NCBI GenBank assembly: GCA_031272415.1
Contig: JAISTU010000127.1
Location: 1 to 33,914 of the forward strand
DNA from: Bacteroidales bacterium
Lineage (GTDB): Bacteria > Bacteroidota > Bacteroidia > Bacteroidales > WCHB1-69
Length of the DNA stretch: 33,914 nt
Direction of reading: 5' to 3'
The position numbers and the translations under genes were made by a program. Within the stretch, counting starts at the first letter, position 1, and each line of letters starts with the position of its first letter. The notes under the pieces are model-generated. The model did no database searches, had not been told where the DNA came from, and worked only from the letters and a program-made list of their open reading frames with translations. Of the stretch, positions 9,145 to 18,916 are shown in pieces.

Positions 9145-9567
9145 TCAATCGTATACTCTTATTTTGTCGTCGCTTTCTATACGGACGTTGTAACTTCTTA
9201 ACGGTTGAGTGGCTTTACAGTTAGCACCTTGTGGATAGCCATTGAGAATGTTGTACGTTGAGCCACATTGTTCGCACAGCAATTGAAAAGTATTTTGAGG
9301 GTCTACAATAACGTAACCGTTGCTTTCCCAGTCGAATGCACAGGCACGGTCGTAGGCAACAAAAGTATTCATATCAACATGATAAACAATAAATCCTTGT
9401 ATGCCTCCGGTAAAATATTCGTAACCGCCCACCATAATAAGGCGATTGGTGTTTATATCAACAATAAAATTAGTTTTTACACGTGGCACAGGTGTATCTG
9501 TTTGGCAACGGCATAAAAAGATAATTGCCAATATATAAATTATTTTTAATTGATTGATTCTGAACAT
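9145..9567 (-). CDS. Hypothetical lipoprotein with Rieske-like fold
   Basis: Hydrophobic N-terminus ending in Cys; AYDRAC...LLCEQCGSTY...G.P...PLRSY. Confidence 0.65.
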   Translation of the reverse strand: MFRINQLKIIYILAIIFLCRCQTDTPVPRVKTNFIVDINTNRLIMVGGYEYFTGGIQGFIVYHVDMNTFVAYDRACAFDWESNGYVIVDPQNTFQLLCEQCGSTYNILNGYPQGANCKATQPLRSYNVRIESDDKIRVYD

Positions 9568-9570
9568 ATT

Positions 9571-10695
9571 CTAAAGTTCTAAATGAATTACTACTATTTC
9601 CGAAGAAGAGCCTAACCTTGCCATAGGTCCCCACAAACCCAAACCGGAGGAGACAAAACATTGCGTACTCCCCTTGCGACTATAGCCATGATGCAGTTCA
9701 TACATTGCTTTTGTGAGCAAAGTTACAGGGAAAAATTGCCCGCCGTGCGTATGCCCCGACAAATGCAAACAAATTTCATTTTTTGCCGATTCTTGCAAGC
9801 GCGAAGGCTGATGGTCTAAAACTATTACAGGATATTGTCTATCAACAGTGGCAAGAATTTCCGATAAGGGTTTATCAGAATGTAGGCTAACGTCCTCTCT
9901 ACCAACAATATAGAGACAACTATCGACCAAAACTGCACTATCTCTCAAAATGTGAATACCTGCTGCTTGCAAATATTGGCAAGATTTTTCAATATCCCCA
10001 AAAGCATCATGATTACCTATGCATGCATATATTCCCATGGGGGCTTTAATTTGCTGTAATTGTTTATCCATCTTCATGTAAATCAGTGCATTAAGGTCAT
10101 TATCAATAATGTCGCCTGCAATTAAAACCATGTCCGGTTTTTGCTCATTGATAAGTTTTACAAATCTATCCAATGTTTGATTCCGAAGTATGTATCCTAA
10201 ATGTAAGTCGCTGATTGCCACTATATTAAGTGTTTTATTTGCCTTTTTACTGCAATTAGATGTTGCCGAAAGTTGCACCGTATTGGGATGTAAAAATCGG
10301 TAATAACCAATGAAATACAACAAAAAAATGACGAACAAAGAGACAAAAAAAGTAATCAGTCTCACATTTTGTCCATTTGTGGAAAAATATTGCGGAAAAA
10401 AGTGAAAAATATAGTTAAAAACACGAATTACATCTATCAATAAAGCCGCCATTAGCCCATAAAGCATTAAAAATAACCAAAATGAACCAATTGTTTCCAA
10501 AAAAACAGTCAATGAAAACGGCAAACTGTTTTTTAAAAGATGTCCTGCAATGTAAGAAAACGCAAGCATTGCGAACACAATCCCCAATATAATTTTTCCT
10601 ATGCCGTGCAATGACAAAGCCTGTGCCGTGCGAATAAATAAATAAGCATTCGCCCCCACAAACAACGCAAGAAATAAAATAACAATTTTAGGCAT
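9571..10695 (-). CDS. Membrane-anchored metallophosphoesterase (calcineurin-like, YkuE-type)
   Basis: Four N-terminal TM segments; SDLHLG, AGDIID, GNHD, HQP, SGHTHGGQ. Confidence 0.93.
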   Translation of the reverse strand: MPKIVILFLALFVGANAYLFIRTAQALSLHGIGKIILGIVFAMLAFSYIAGHLLKNSLPFSLTVFLETIGSFWLFLMLYGLMAALLIDVIRVFNYIFHFFPQYFSTNGQNVRLITFFVSLFVIFLLYFIGYYRFLHPNTVQLSATSNCSKKANKTLNIVAISDLHLGYILRNQTLDRFVKLINEQKPDMVLIAGDIIDNDLNALIYMKMDKQLQQIKAPMGIYACIGNHDAFGDIEKSCQYLQAAGIHILRDSAVLVDSCLYIVGREDVSLHSDKPLSEILATVDRQYPVIVLDHQPSRLQESAKNEICLHLSGHTHGGQFFPVTLLTKAMYELHHGYSRKGSTQCFVSSGLGLWGPMARLGSSSEIVVIHLEL

Positions 10696-10700
10696 ATTTT

Positions 10701-11222
10701 TTACAATAAATTAAGTTGTGTCAATCCTGGGGGCGTTTGAACAGTAAGTTTTTTTGCTTTTCTGTCCACTTTTAAAATAAATTCGTCTATTATGGGTATC
10801 AAAATTTCTCCTTTTGATGTAAATATTTGAATAAGAGACTGTTGTCCATAATCAATAATATTTGAGCATTTTCCCAAAGAGCCTTCTTGTTTATCAATAA
10901 CCTCAAAATCAATGATTTCGTGATAATAAAATTTATTACCCGAAAGCGGTGGCAACAAATTTAGGGGCAAATACAATTCTGTCCCTACATATTGCTCGCA
11001 AGAGTCGTTGTTCATATTTTCAAATAGCACAACCATTTGATTATTAGCCTTGTTGCGACTATTTTTAATAAAAAACGGAATCGGTTCTCCGTCAATATCA
11101 AAGAAAACCGATTCCATGTTCCAATACTTTTGCGGTTCGTCAGTGTCTAAATAGACCACTAACTCACCTGCTAATCCGAATTTTTTGGTTATTTTACCTA
11201 AGTAAAAATAATCATCAAGCAT
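10701..11222 (-). CDS. rimM: Ribosome maturation factor RimM
   Basis: LGKITKKFGLAGE, FYYHEII.FEV.D, EILIP, PPGL; downstream of rpsP. Confidence 0.95.
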   Translation of the reverse strand: MLDDYFYLGKITKKFGLAGELVVYLDTDEPQKYWNMESVFFDIDGEPIPFFIKNSRNKANNQMVVLFENMNNDSCEQYVGTELYLPLNLLPPLSGNKFYYHEIIDFEVIDKQEGSLGKCSNIIDYGQQSLIQIFTSKGEILIPIIDEFILKVDRKAKKLTVQTPPGLTQLNLL

Positions 11223-11231
11223 ACAATTGTG

Positions 11232-12035
11232 CTATTCTTCCGTTGCAACGGGTGTTTCCTCTGCTTGAGCGGGAGTTTCTTCCGTTGTTGTTTCTGTCGG
11301 GTTTGGCTCAACTGCTACTTGCTCAACAGGTTCAGCAACAGGTTCAGCAACTTCTTGAACATCTTCTACTGCAACTTGTGTTGCAACTTCTTGATTTTCA
11401 GATTGTTGTGCTGCTTCTTCTTCCTGTTGTTGTTTGAGTCGTTCTTGTTGGCGTTTTTCGGCTTCTCTTGCAGATTCTTCGGCTTCTTTTGCAGCCTTTT
11501 CGGCTTCTCTGGCGGCTTTTTCTGCTTCTCTTTGGGCTTTTTCTTGTGCTGCCTTTTCTGCTTCTGCTGCCAAAATAGCCTGACGTTTTTCATTTATTAA
11601 CGTCGCTCTGGCTTCTTTTACCTTTGCCTCAGCCTCTAAACGTTTTTTCTTATTGGCTTTGTCGGCGTTAAGAATTTCCGTCCTGTTTTCACGGATTTTT
11701 CTTGCCTTTTCTTCTTTCCAAGCAGCGAATTTTTCTTCCGCTTGTTCTGCCGAAAAAGCACCTCTTTTAACGCCTCCCATTAAGTGTTTTTTTAGGTAAA
11801 CACCCTCCCGTTTGAGTATCATTCTTGCCGTGTCAGTAGGCTGCGCACCTACATTCAACCAATAAAATGCTCTCTCAAAATCCAAATTGATACCAATTGG
11901 ATGCGTTAGCGGATTGTATGTACCTATCTTTTCTATGAACCGTCCGTCCCGAGGTGCACGACCATCCGCAATTACTACATGATAAAAAGGTTGTCCCTTT
12001 TTCCCAAATCTTTGTAATCTAATTCTTACAGACAT
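11232..12035 (-). CDS. rpsP: 30S ribosomal protein S16 with long charged/acidic C-terminal extension
   Basis: [42 protein letters not shown]; [11 protein letters not shown]. Confidence 0.97.
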   Translation of the reverse strand: MSVRIRLQRFGKKGQPFYHVVIADGRAPRDGRFIEKIGTYNPLTHPIGINLDFERAFYWLNVGAQPTDTARMILKREGVYLKKHLMGGVKRGAFSAEQAEEKFAAWKEEKARKIRENRTEILNADKANKKKRLEAEAKVKEARATLINEKRQAILAAEAEKAAQEKAQREAEKAAREAEKAAKEAEESAREAEKRQQERLKQQQEEEAAQQSENQEVATQVAVEDVQEVAEPVAEPVEQVAVEPNPTETTTEETPAQAEETPVATEE

Positions 12036-12083
12036 AATCTAAATATTATATATTCTTTTTTTATTAAAAAATTTACAGATTTG

Positions 12084-12094
12084 CAAAGATACAC
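12084..12094 (-). promoter_or_regulatory. -7 promoter element for the rpsP-rimM operon
   Basis: Reverse complement GTGTATCTTTG. Confidence 0.8.
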
Positions 12095-12102
12095 TTTTTT
12101 GT

Positions 12103-12299
12103 CAATTAAAAATTAAAAATTAAAAATTAAGAGTTGAAAGTTGAAAGTTGAGAGAAAATATAAAAACGGCGCATGCACTGTCTTTACTTGTATATATTTA
12201 TTTGATTATCAATGTTTTTTTGTACATTTTCAAAAAAATCATTCTCAATTCTCAATTTTCATTTTTTAGAACAAATTTCTCCCAAAATGCAAAAAAAAA
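12103..12299. repeat. Inverted heptamer tracts plus dispersed motif copy 4
   Basis: (aattaaa)x3-4, (agttgaa)x2-3 at 12103-12154; attctca-attctca-attttca at 12241-12262; ttttagaacaaatttctcccaaaatgcaaaaaaaaa at 12264-12299. Confidence 0.75.
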
Positions 12300-12300
12300 C

Positions 12301-13455
12301 TTAAAAAAGAGTAGCAGCAGAGGTACTTTTCAATGAATAATAATTTTTATTTTTTATTTTAATAACCTCTACAAAATCCAATTTTAAGAGTTCTTTTTTA
12401 AGCGTTGCTTCGGATTTGGGGAATTTGATTTTTGTATGTATTTCATTGATTGTCAATTCTTTAGTCGCTAAAATATCTTTTATTTGGTCTGAAAAGGAAA
12501 CTGTTGCTTGAGCAGTTTCGGCAAGTGAAACCTGATTTCCGTCAAAATCTACCGCAATTGCACCGCATTGAATGAGATAAAGATTGTCATTTTTCTCTGT
12601 CGGGTCGGGGTTTCGGACATAAATTTGTCTTCCTTTTTTGAGTCCATCCATGGCGCCGGCATAAGTACCGCCTTTGGTTTCTTTGCCTTGTCGATTTTTT
12701 GAAGGTTTGGATTCTGCCACAAAAATTTCTTTGGCAAGTCCGTAAATAATTGAATTTCTTGCCATTGCTAAATCTTTTCCCCAAGGGGCTTGAGGATGAA
12801 ATGTACTCAAAACCAACACATCATCGTCAATAATTTGCTTATAATAGGTTTTAAAACCCGCTTCAAAAGTTAAAATTCCCTGCGGTAATACAATGATACT
12901 CTGACCTTTACATGCAATAGAAGAATCTAATGCCTGCTTATCAACACCTTTGGCAAAACCACTCACCACAACTTTCCATTCTTTGGTCGCCTTTTTTGCC
13001 ACATTATCAGTAAATTGCAAGGCTATATCGGATGCCTCACGTGAACCGACAATGGCTATGGATTTTTCTTGCATAATTTGTTGATTCCCTTTGGTATACA
13101 ACAAAATAGGAGCAGATTTTTTTAGATTTTCTTTCAAAGTTTTTGAATAATCGGGAGACACAATCGGAATTGCATCAATACCATTATTTTGTAACGTTTC
13201 TGCTAAAAATGCGTAATTAGCAAGCGAAGATTTTGCTTTTTGTAATTCTGTTAATTGCCTGTTATTGAGCAAAAAACAATTTTTCCAATCTTTTTCACTC
13301 AATCCAAAAAAATCTGATATAGACATTTTTTGAGTGTGAAAAAATTGAATAATTAAGTTCATTTTGTCTTCATTTTTCCATGCCTCTCGGTCGGCAAAAT
13401 TCCATGCGGGCAATTCATGTGCCAGCGACATCCAATATATTGATTCTGAATTCAT
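12301..13455 (-). CDS. DprA/Smf-family protein (ShosA-like candidate antitoxin)
   Basis: APILLYTKGN, IAIVGSREAS, VVVSGFAKGVD, AMARNSIIYGLA, GGTYAGA; ATG 13455 overlaps the upstream stop (ATGA). Confidence 0.9.
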   Translation of the reverse strand: MNSESIYWMSLAHELPAWNFADREAWKNEDKMNLIIQFFHTQKMSISDFFGLSEKDWKNCFLLNNRQLTELQKAKSSLANYAFLAETLQNNGIDAIPIVSPDYSKTLKENLKKSAPILLYTKGNQQIMQEKSIAIVGSREASDIALQFTDNVAKKATKEWKVVVSGFAKGVDKQALDSSIACKGQSIIVLPQGILTFEAGFKTYYKQIIDDDVLVLSTFHPQAPWGKDLAMARNSIIYGLAKEIFVAESKPSKNRQGKETKGGTYAGAMDGLKKGRQIYVRNPDPTEKNDNLYLIQCGAIAVDFDGNQVSLAETAQATVSFSDQIKDILATKELTINEIHTKIKFPKSEATLKKELLKLDFVEVIKIKNKNYYSLKSTSAATLF

Positions 13456-14363
13456 AATCTGTCTCCTCCTACTGTTTTTGCAATGCACACAGGTACAATC
13501 TTTTGTGCACCTAATTGGGTTAATAAATTGCCTATCTCTTTTATAGTTGCTCCGCTATCTACAATGTCATCAAATAATAAAACTGTTTTGCCTTTGATTT
13601 CGCTCGGATTGGCATAAGAAAAAGCATTATGTATGTTCTCTTGCTTAAGATATTGATTTTCAAATATTTTTTGTTCTTTTGTTTTACGTATTTTTATTAA
13701 ATCATGCGAAATTGGAATTTTCAAAGCGTGCGACAAATTTTGAGCAAAATTTTTGACTAAATCTCCCGATTTTGTTGGGGGAACATAAAGAATTAAATCA
13801 AAATGTGTTTTTTTGATTTTTTTACGAAATGCTTTGATTGTCAAGCGTAAAAGAAAATCAGGAAAATCGCCCCCAGCCTCATATTTTGATTGATGAATGG
13901 CTTTGCCTACATTTGAAACTCCATAATATGAAGCCGCAACGCCATCAACAATACATGAATCAAGTGAGTTGACCTCCAAGTCGGGAAAATTATTTTCTCT
14001 AAAATTTTGCAACTCTTCTGTTAATTCGGGAGTAACGTTTATATGAATTTTCTTTTGACCTGTATTGTCGCAATTTAAGAAGTTAACATGTTGATTATCA
14101 CCTAAATAATCACAAAGAAATTTCATCCTTGAATCGGTTGTTTCTACATATTCAAGCATCTTATCAAGGTCTTTTAACTTTGCTTCCCGCAATTCTTTAA
14201 AAGTGTGCGTATCTAAAGGCTGCGAGTGAGTAATAAATTCATATTGTTTGGTTTTGCCATATTGAACTTCTCTGATAATGCCTTGTTCCATGAGGTCTGA
14301 TTTAATCACTCTGAATTGTTTTTCAGTTATGTCAGTCATTTTCATCAATGTTTTTTTCTCCAT
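13452..14363 (-). CDS. C-terminal part of a RecQ fusion: RecQ Zn-binding-like segment plus ComF-like phosphoribosyltransferase domain
   Basis: SRMKFLCDYLGD...NCDN; PRPP-binding motif VLLFDDIVDSGATI; overlaps the upstream ORF out of frame across an A7 run. Confidence 0.85.
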   Translation of the reverse strand: MEKKTLMKMTDITEKQFRVIKSDLMEQGIIREVQYGKTKQYEFITHSQPLDTHTFKELREAKLKDLDKMLEYVETTDSRMKFLCDYLGDNQHVNFLNCDNTGQKKIHINVTPELTEELQNFRENNFPDLEVNSLDSCIVDGVAASYYGVSNVGKAIHQSKYEAGGDFPDFLLRLTIKAFRKKIKKTHFDLILYVPPTKSGDLVKNFAQNLSHALKIPISHDLIKIRKTKEQKIFENQYLKQENIHNAFSYANPSEIKGKTVLLFDDIVDSGATIKEIGNLLTQLGAQKIVPVCIAKTVGGDRL

Positions 14364-15753
14364 GTAAGCCTGATTTAATCGCCTCTATCATTTTGTTATA
14401 GCATTTTACGGCAGGTCTGCTGCCTTCGATAAAAGCCAATGGCAATTCTTTGTCTTCATTTGGATTATAAAACAATATGATATATGAAGGTTTGCCGTCT
14501 CTGCCTGCACGCCCGATTTCTTGATAATAATGAATAGGTGATTGTGGAATTTGAGTGTGAATAATAAATCGAATGTCAGGCTTGTCAATGCCCATCCCAA
14601 GTGCGTTTGTTGAAACAATACATTTCCATTTGTTGCCAATTAAGCCTTTTTCGATGGCAACACGAGATTGAGCGTCAAGTTTTCCATGATATGCAATTGA
14701 AGGAATATCACAAAAGTTAAGCCAATCCGAATATATTTCAGTATCCCTCCGCGTGCCTGTATAAATAATGCCCGAACCGGGAGATTTTTTAACAATTTGT
14801 TTTAACCATATCATTTTTTCGTCTTCGCTGTCTACTTTTACAACAAACAATTTAAGATTATCCCGCATTAAATTGCCTCTTATGACGGTAATTTCACTAC
14901 CAATTTGAGCAATTATATCCTGCTCTACTCTTTTTGTTGCCGTTGCAGTAGTGGCAAGTATCGGCAAACCTTTTGGCAAAAGTTTAACAAGATTGATAAT
15001 ACGTTTAAATGCAGGGCGAAAATCGTGTCCCCAAACCGAAATGCAATGTGCCTCATCGATGACAACCATTGATAAATTCATTTGTCGTGTCGCCTCAATC
15101 CACTCGTAATTTTCTTGCCTTTCAGGGGCAATATACAGAATTTTTATTTTTCCGGCTATGGCATCTTGAATATTTTTTGAATTTTCTGTGATAGATTGCT
15201 CACCATTGATACATTTTGCCGCAATTCCCAACGATTGTAACTTTTTTACTTGATCCCGCATTAAGGCAATCAGAGGCGAAAAAATGACAGTTATTCCACT
15301 AAAAATGGTCGCAGGAAACTGAAAACAAAGCGACTTCCCAAAACCTGTTTTCTCAATCAGCAAAACGCGTTCGCCATTGAGAATCTTTTCCACTGTTTGC
15401 CATTGTTCGTCATAAAAATGTGCAATTTTGAAAGTTCTTTGCAATAAATTTTCGGCTTCTTGTCTGCTCATTTTGCCTGAAAAAGAGGGTTTATTTGGCA
15501 AATTTTCTGCATTTTTCGGAATTTCTATTGTTTTTTCTGCATTTTTTTGATTTTCGTCCAATGTTTTTTGCAATAATTGAGCAAATATTTGTAAATCTTC
15601 TTCCGGCACATCAATCCATTGATATTCAAAACTATTTCCGGTTTCTTCGCTCTCTGAAATGCTAACATAACGTTCCCCGTTTCTATTTATCCGAATGCTG
15701 AAAGAATAAGTCCGTTTCCCCTTTTTTACCTCCGTTGAAAATACCTCATCCAT
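14332..15753 (-). CDS. RecQ-family helicase core with N-terminal PUR/DUF3276-like domain; ends at a frameshift
   Basis: EKTGFGKS, SPLIALMRDQ, DEAHCISVWGHDFRP, TATAT, TNALGMGIDKPD, YYQEIGRAGRDG; N-terminus VFSTEVKKGKRTYSFSI...YVSISES. Confidence 0.9.
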   Translation of the reverse strand: MDEVFSTEVKKGKRTYSFSIRINRNGERYVSISESEETGNSFEYQWIDVPEEDLQIFAQLLQKTLDENQKNAEKTIEIPKNAENLPNKPSFSGKMSRQEAENLLQRTFKIAHFYDEQWQTVEKILNGERVLLIEKTGFGKSLCFQFPATIFSGITVIFSPLIALMRDQVKKLQSLGIAAKCINGEQSITENSKNIQDAIAGKIKILYIAPERQENYEWIEATRQMNLSMVVIDEAHCISVWGHDFRPAFKRIINLVKLLPKGLPILATTATATKRVEQDIIAQIGSEITVIRGNLMRDNLKLFVVKVDSEDEKMIWLKQIVKKSPGSGIIYTGTRRDTEIYSDWLNFCDIPSIAYHGKLDAQSRVAIEKGLIGNKWKCIVSTNALGMGIDKPDIRFIIHTQIPQSPIHYYQEIGRAGRDGKPSYIILFYNPNEDKELPLAFIEGSRPAVKCYNKMIEAIKSGLHGEKNIDEND

Positions 15754-15791
15754 ATTAAATAATTTCTAAATTTATTATCTTTCCACTATTT

Positions 15792-17237
15792 TTATCCTAC
15801 TCCGTTTTCCAATGAAAGGGATAGCAATTGCTGTGCTTCGGCGGCAAATTCTAACGGCAATCGGGTTAGTACATCTTTTGCATAACCATTGATTATCAAT
15901 CCGATAGCACTTTCGGCTTTGATGCCACGCTGTTGGCAATAAAACAATTGTTCTTCGGAAATTTTGGACGTAGAAGCCTCATGTTCCAAAATGGCAGTGG
16001 TGTTATTGCATTCGATAAACGGAAAAGTATGTGCCCCGCATTTGTCGCCCAAAAGTAACGAATCACACTGCGAATAATTGCGAGCGTTGGAGGCTTTGTT
16101 GGCAATTCTGACCAATCCGCGATAGGAATTTTGGCTGTTCCCGGCTGAAATTCCTTTTGAAATAATGGTACTTTTGGTATTTTTGCCCAAATGTATCATT
16201 TTTGTACCCGTGTCAGCCTGTTGAAAATTGTTGGTCAATGCAACCGAATAAAATTCTCCCACCGAATGGTCTCCTTTGAGTACGCAACTTGGATATTTCC
16301 ACGTGATTGCCGAGCCTGTTTCGACCTGTGTCCATGAAATTTTGGAATTATCGCCCTCGCAAATGCCCCGTTTGGTTACCAAATTCAACACGCCACCTTT
16401 GCCTTGTGCGTCTCCGGGGTACCAATTTTGGACGGTAGAATATTTTACTTCTGCATTTTTGAGAGCAAATATTTCCACTACTGCCGCATGTAATTGATTT
16501 TCATCACGTTTAGGCGCCGTACAGCCTTCCATGTAACTCACATACGCATCCTCTTCGGCGATAATCAATGTGCGTTCAAATTGCCCTGTATTTGAGGCAT
16601 TTATCCTAAAATAAGTGGATAAATCCATCGGACATTTAACCCCTTTGGGAATAAAACAAAAAGAGCCATCACTAAAAACCATTGAATTTAAGGCTGCATA
16701 AAAATTATCTCCAATCGGCACCGCTTTGCCCAAATATTTCCGTACCAAATCGGGATGCTCCCGCACCGCCTCGCTGAATGAACAAAAAATAATTCCTTCT
16801 TTTGCTAATTCTTTTTGAAATGTGGTTTTTACTGATACTGAGTCTATTACAGCATCCACTGCGACCTTGTTGTTGTCCTTTTTTTCATCTAAATTGACTT
16901 TTAAACGGTCAAATGTATCCGCTAAATTTTTGTCCAATTCATTTTTATCTGTAACTACTTTTTTAGGGGCAGCAAAATATATAATATCTTGAAAATCAAT
17001 AGGTTCTATTTTTAAATGTGCCCATTGAGGTGGTGTCATTTTGAGCCATTTTTGATAGGCTTCCAATCGAAAATTAAGCAACCACTGCGGTTCTTCTTTA
17101 AATGCAGAAATTTTGCGAATAATATCTTCATTCAACCCCTTTGGAAAATATTCCGTTTCAATGGGCGACACAAAGCCCGGCTGATAATCTTTTGCGGTCA
17201 GTTCCTCAATGATTTTTTCGTCCGTTTTTTCTTTCAT
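15792..17237 (-). CDS. sufB: Fe-S cluster assembly protein SufB
   Basis: [58 protein letters not shown]. Confidence 0.97.
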   Translation of the reverse strand: MKEKTDEKIIEELTAKDYQPGFVSPIETEYFPKGLNEDIIRKISAFKEEPQWLLNFRLEAYQKWLKMTPPQWAHLKIEPIDFQDIIYFAAPKKVVTDKNELDKNLADTFDRLKVNLDEKKDNNKVAVDAVIDSVSVKTTFQKELAKEGIIFCSFSEAVREHPDLVRKYLGKAVPIGDNFYAALNSMVFSDGSFCFIPKGVKCPMDLSTYFRINASNTGQFERTLIIAEEDAYVSYMEGCTAPKRDENQLHAAVVEIFALKNAEVKYSTVQNWYPGDAQGKGGVLNLVTKRGICEGDNSKISWTQVETGSAITWKYPSCVLKGDHSVGEFYSVALTNNFQQADTGTKMIHLGKNTKSTIISKGISAGNSQNSYRGLVRIANKASNARNYSQCDSLLLGDKCGAHTFPFIECNNTTAILEHEASTSKISEEQLFYCQQRGIKAESAIGLIINGYAKDVLTRLPLEFAAEAQQLLSLSLENGVG

Positions 17238-17245
17238 AATGATTT

Positions 17246-18343
17246 TTAGGTAAATTTTTCACCTTTTCGGAGTTCAACATCATTAACATATCGCCTAATT
17301 TCCTGCTCATCAGTCTTTTTGCAAATCAGTAAAACTCCATCATGCTCGGCAACAATATAATCCTCCAAACCTTGCACTACAACAATTTTGTCTTTGGGAG
17401 TATTGATAATGCAATTAGTTGATTGATAGGTAAATACATCTCTTTTGGACTGTATTGCATTTCCATTTTCGTCATGCGGTAAATGCTCAAAAAGTGAAGT
17501 CCATGTCCCCAAATCAGACCAGCCAAAATCGGAAATCAATACGTGTGCATTGTCAGCCTTTTCCATTATTGCATAATCGATTGAAATAGAAGTACATTGT
17601 TGATAAATTTCCTTCATTTTTGACTTTTCTTCAGGCGTGTCCATTGCGTAGGCTACACCGTCAAACAAATCTTTCATTTCCGGCAAATGCAATTCAAATG
17701 CTTTTTCAATAATCGGCAATCGCCAAACAAAAATACCCGCATTCCACAGAAAATCACCACTTTCAATAAATTGCTGTGCCAATTCAAGGGCAGGTTTTTC
17801 CGCAAAAAGTTTTACTTTTGTGATCCGCTGTTCGGGGACATATCTTGAAAATTCGTCAAATTGAATGTAGCCATAACCCGTGTCAGGACGCGTAGGCTGT
17901 ATGCCCAGCGTCAAAAGCCATGGATTTTTTGCCGTACAATTCAATGCCGCATTAAGATGCTCTACAAAAGAATCCTCATCAATGATGATATGGTCGGCAG
18001 GCGTAACCACAATGTTTGCATTGGGATTGCGTTTTTTTATTTTTGCATTTGCGTAGGCAATACAAGGTGCCGTATTACGCCTAACAGACTCCAAAATTAT
18101 CTGATTATCAGATAGTTGTGGAATTTTTTCTTTGGTTAATTGATAATATATTTCATTGGTAACAATGTAGATATTTTCGAGCGGACACACCCTTTGCATA
18201 CGCTCAACAGTCTTTTGCAAAAGCGATTTACCGTTTCCTAAAATATCAATAAATTGTTTAGGGCAACTTTTGCGGCTCATAGGCCAAAATCTTTCGCCTG
18301 CACCGCCTGCCATTATCACACAAAAATTCCCTTTATCTGCCAT
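17246..18343 (-). CDS. manC: Mannose-1-phosphate guanylyltransferase
   Basis: [15 protein letters not shown]...[35 protein letters not shown]. Confidence 0.95.
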   Translation of the reverse strand: MADKGNFCVIMAGGAGERFWPMSRKSCPKQFIDILGNGKSLLQKTVERMQRVCPLENIYIVTNEIYYQLTKEKIPQLSDNQIILESVRRNTAPCIAYANAKIKKRNPNANIVVTPADHIIIDEDSFVEHLNAALNCTAKNPWLLTLGIQPTRPDTGYGYIQFDEFSRYVPEQRITKVKLFAEKPALELAQQFIESGDFLWNAGIFVWRLPIIEKAFELHLPEMKDLFDGVAYAMDTPEEKSKMKEIYQQCTSISIDYAIMEKADNAHVLISDFGWSDLGTWTSLFEHLPHDENGNAIQSKRDVFTYQSTNCIINTPKDKIVVVQGLEDYIVAEHDGVLLICKKTDEQEIRRYVNDVELRKGEKFT

Positions 18344-18412
18344 TTTTTTTCTCTCTAATTTCTTAATTTACAAATCATTATCTTATAAGGCGTCTATTTT
18401 GCCTCCTAATTA

Positions 18413-18423
18413 CAAATATACAC
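18413..18423 (-). promoter_or_regulatory. -7 promoter element for manC-sufB-recQ-dprA
   Basis: Reverse complement GTGTATATTTG, with a heptamer-like tract upstream. Confidence 0.7.
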
Positions 18424-18465
18424 AATTTCTTCAATTAAAAGTTAAAAATGAAAAACGAAAATGTT

Positions 18466-18489
18466 GTAGGGCAATGCCATGCCTTGCCC
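18466..18489 (+). repeat. GTAG-type REP-like hairpin
   Basis: GTAGGGCAATGCCATGCCTTGCCC: GTA(G) followed by GGGCAA...TTGCCC stem. Confidence 0.55.
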
Positions 18490-18550
18490 AAAAGAAGGGT
18501 GAAGGGTAAAAAAACGCTCAACTTTCCACTTTTTATTCTCAACTAATAAA

Positions 18551-18590
18551 GAAACATCATAGCCGAAGATAACTGCGACTATGACATTTC
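18551..18590 (-). terminator. Probable intrinsic terminator after the RND operon
   Basis: Imperfect inverted repeat gaaacatcatagccg...cgactatgacatttc just downstream of the stop at 18616. Confidence 0.55.
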
Positions 18591-18615
18591 AAAAGAAATA
18601 GTAATATTTTTATAA

Positions 18616-18909
18616 TTATACCGTTTGTTCGATGTTCCACACGAAGGCGCGGACACCGATTTCTGTGTTTCGGAGGTCTAATTTTTTAATAGATTCGAGC
18701 AATTGGGGTACTTTTTCGTCCTCAACAATAGTGATAGCGGCGGAGTTCATTTCGGGCCAAGTGTGTGTCCCTTGACGGGGCTGTCCGTCTGTTGTACCTC
18801 TGCCTTTGACCTCTTCCCACCACGTATAACCGCGTATTTGTAAGCGGTCTAACATATATTGTACCCTTTCGGTATTGGCTTGATTGAATATGACAAATAC
18901 TGCTTTCAT
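18616..18909 (-). CDS. PII-like transporter-associated protein (PG0541 type)
   Basis: MKAVFVIFNQA...RGYTWWEEVKGRG...PRQGTHTWP...GVRAFVWNIE; directly after the RND permease; start moved to ATG 18909. Confidence 0.8.
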   Translation of the reverse strand: MKAVFVIFNQANTERVQYMLDRLQIRGYTWWEEVKGRGTTDGQPRQGTHTWPEMNSAAITIVEDEKVPQLLESIKKLDLRNTEIGVRAFVWNIEQTV

Positions 18910-18916
18910 TTTGATA

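Noticed and set aside
14332-15753. Housekeeping recQ with competence genes comF/dprA
   Set aside because: No HRDC domain seen, atypical Walker A context (EKTGFGKS), PRTase fused by frame and DprA coupled; gene symbols were withheld.
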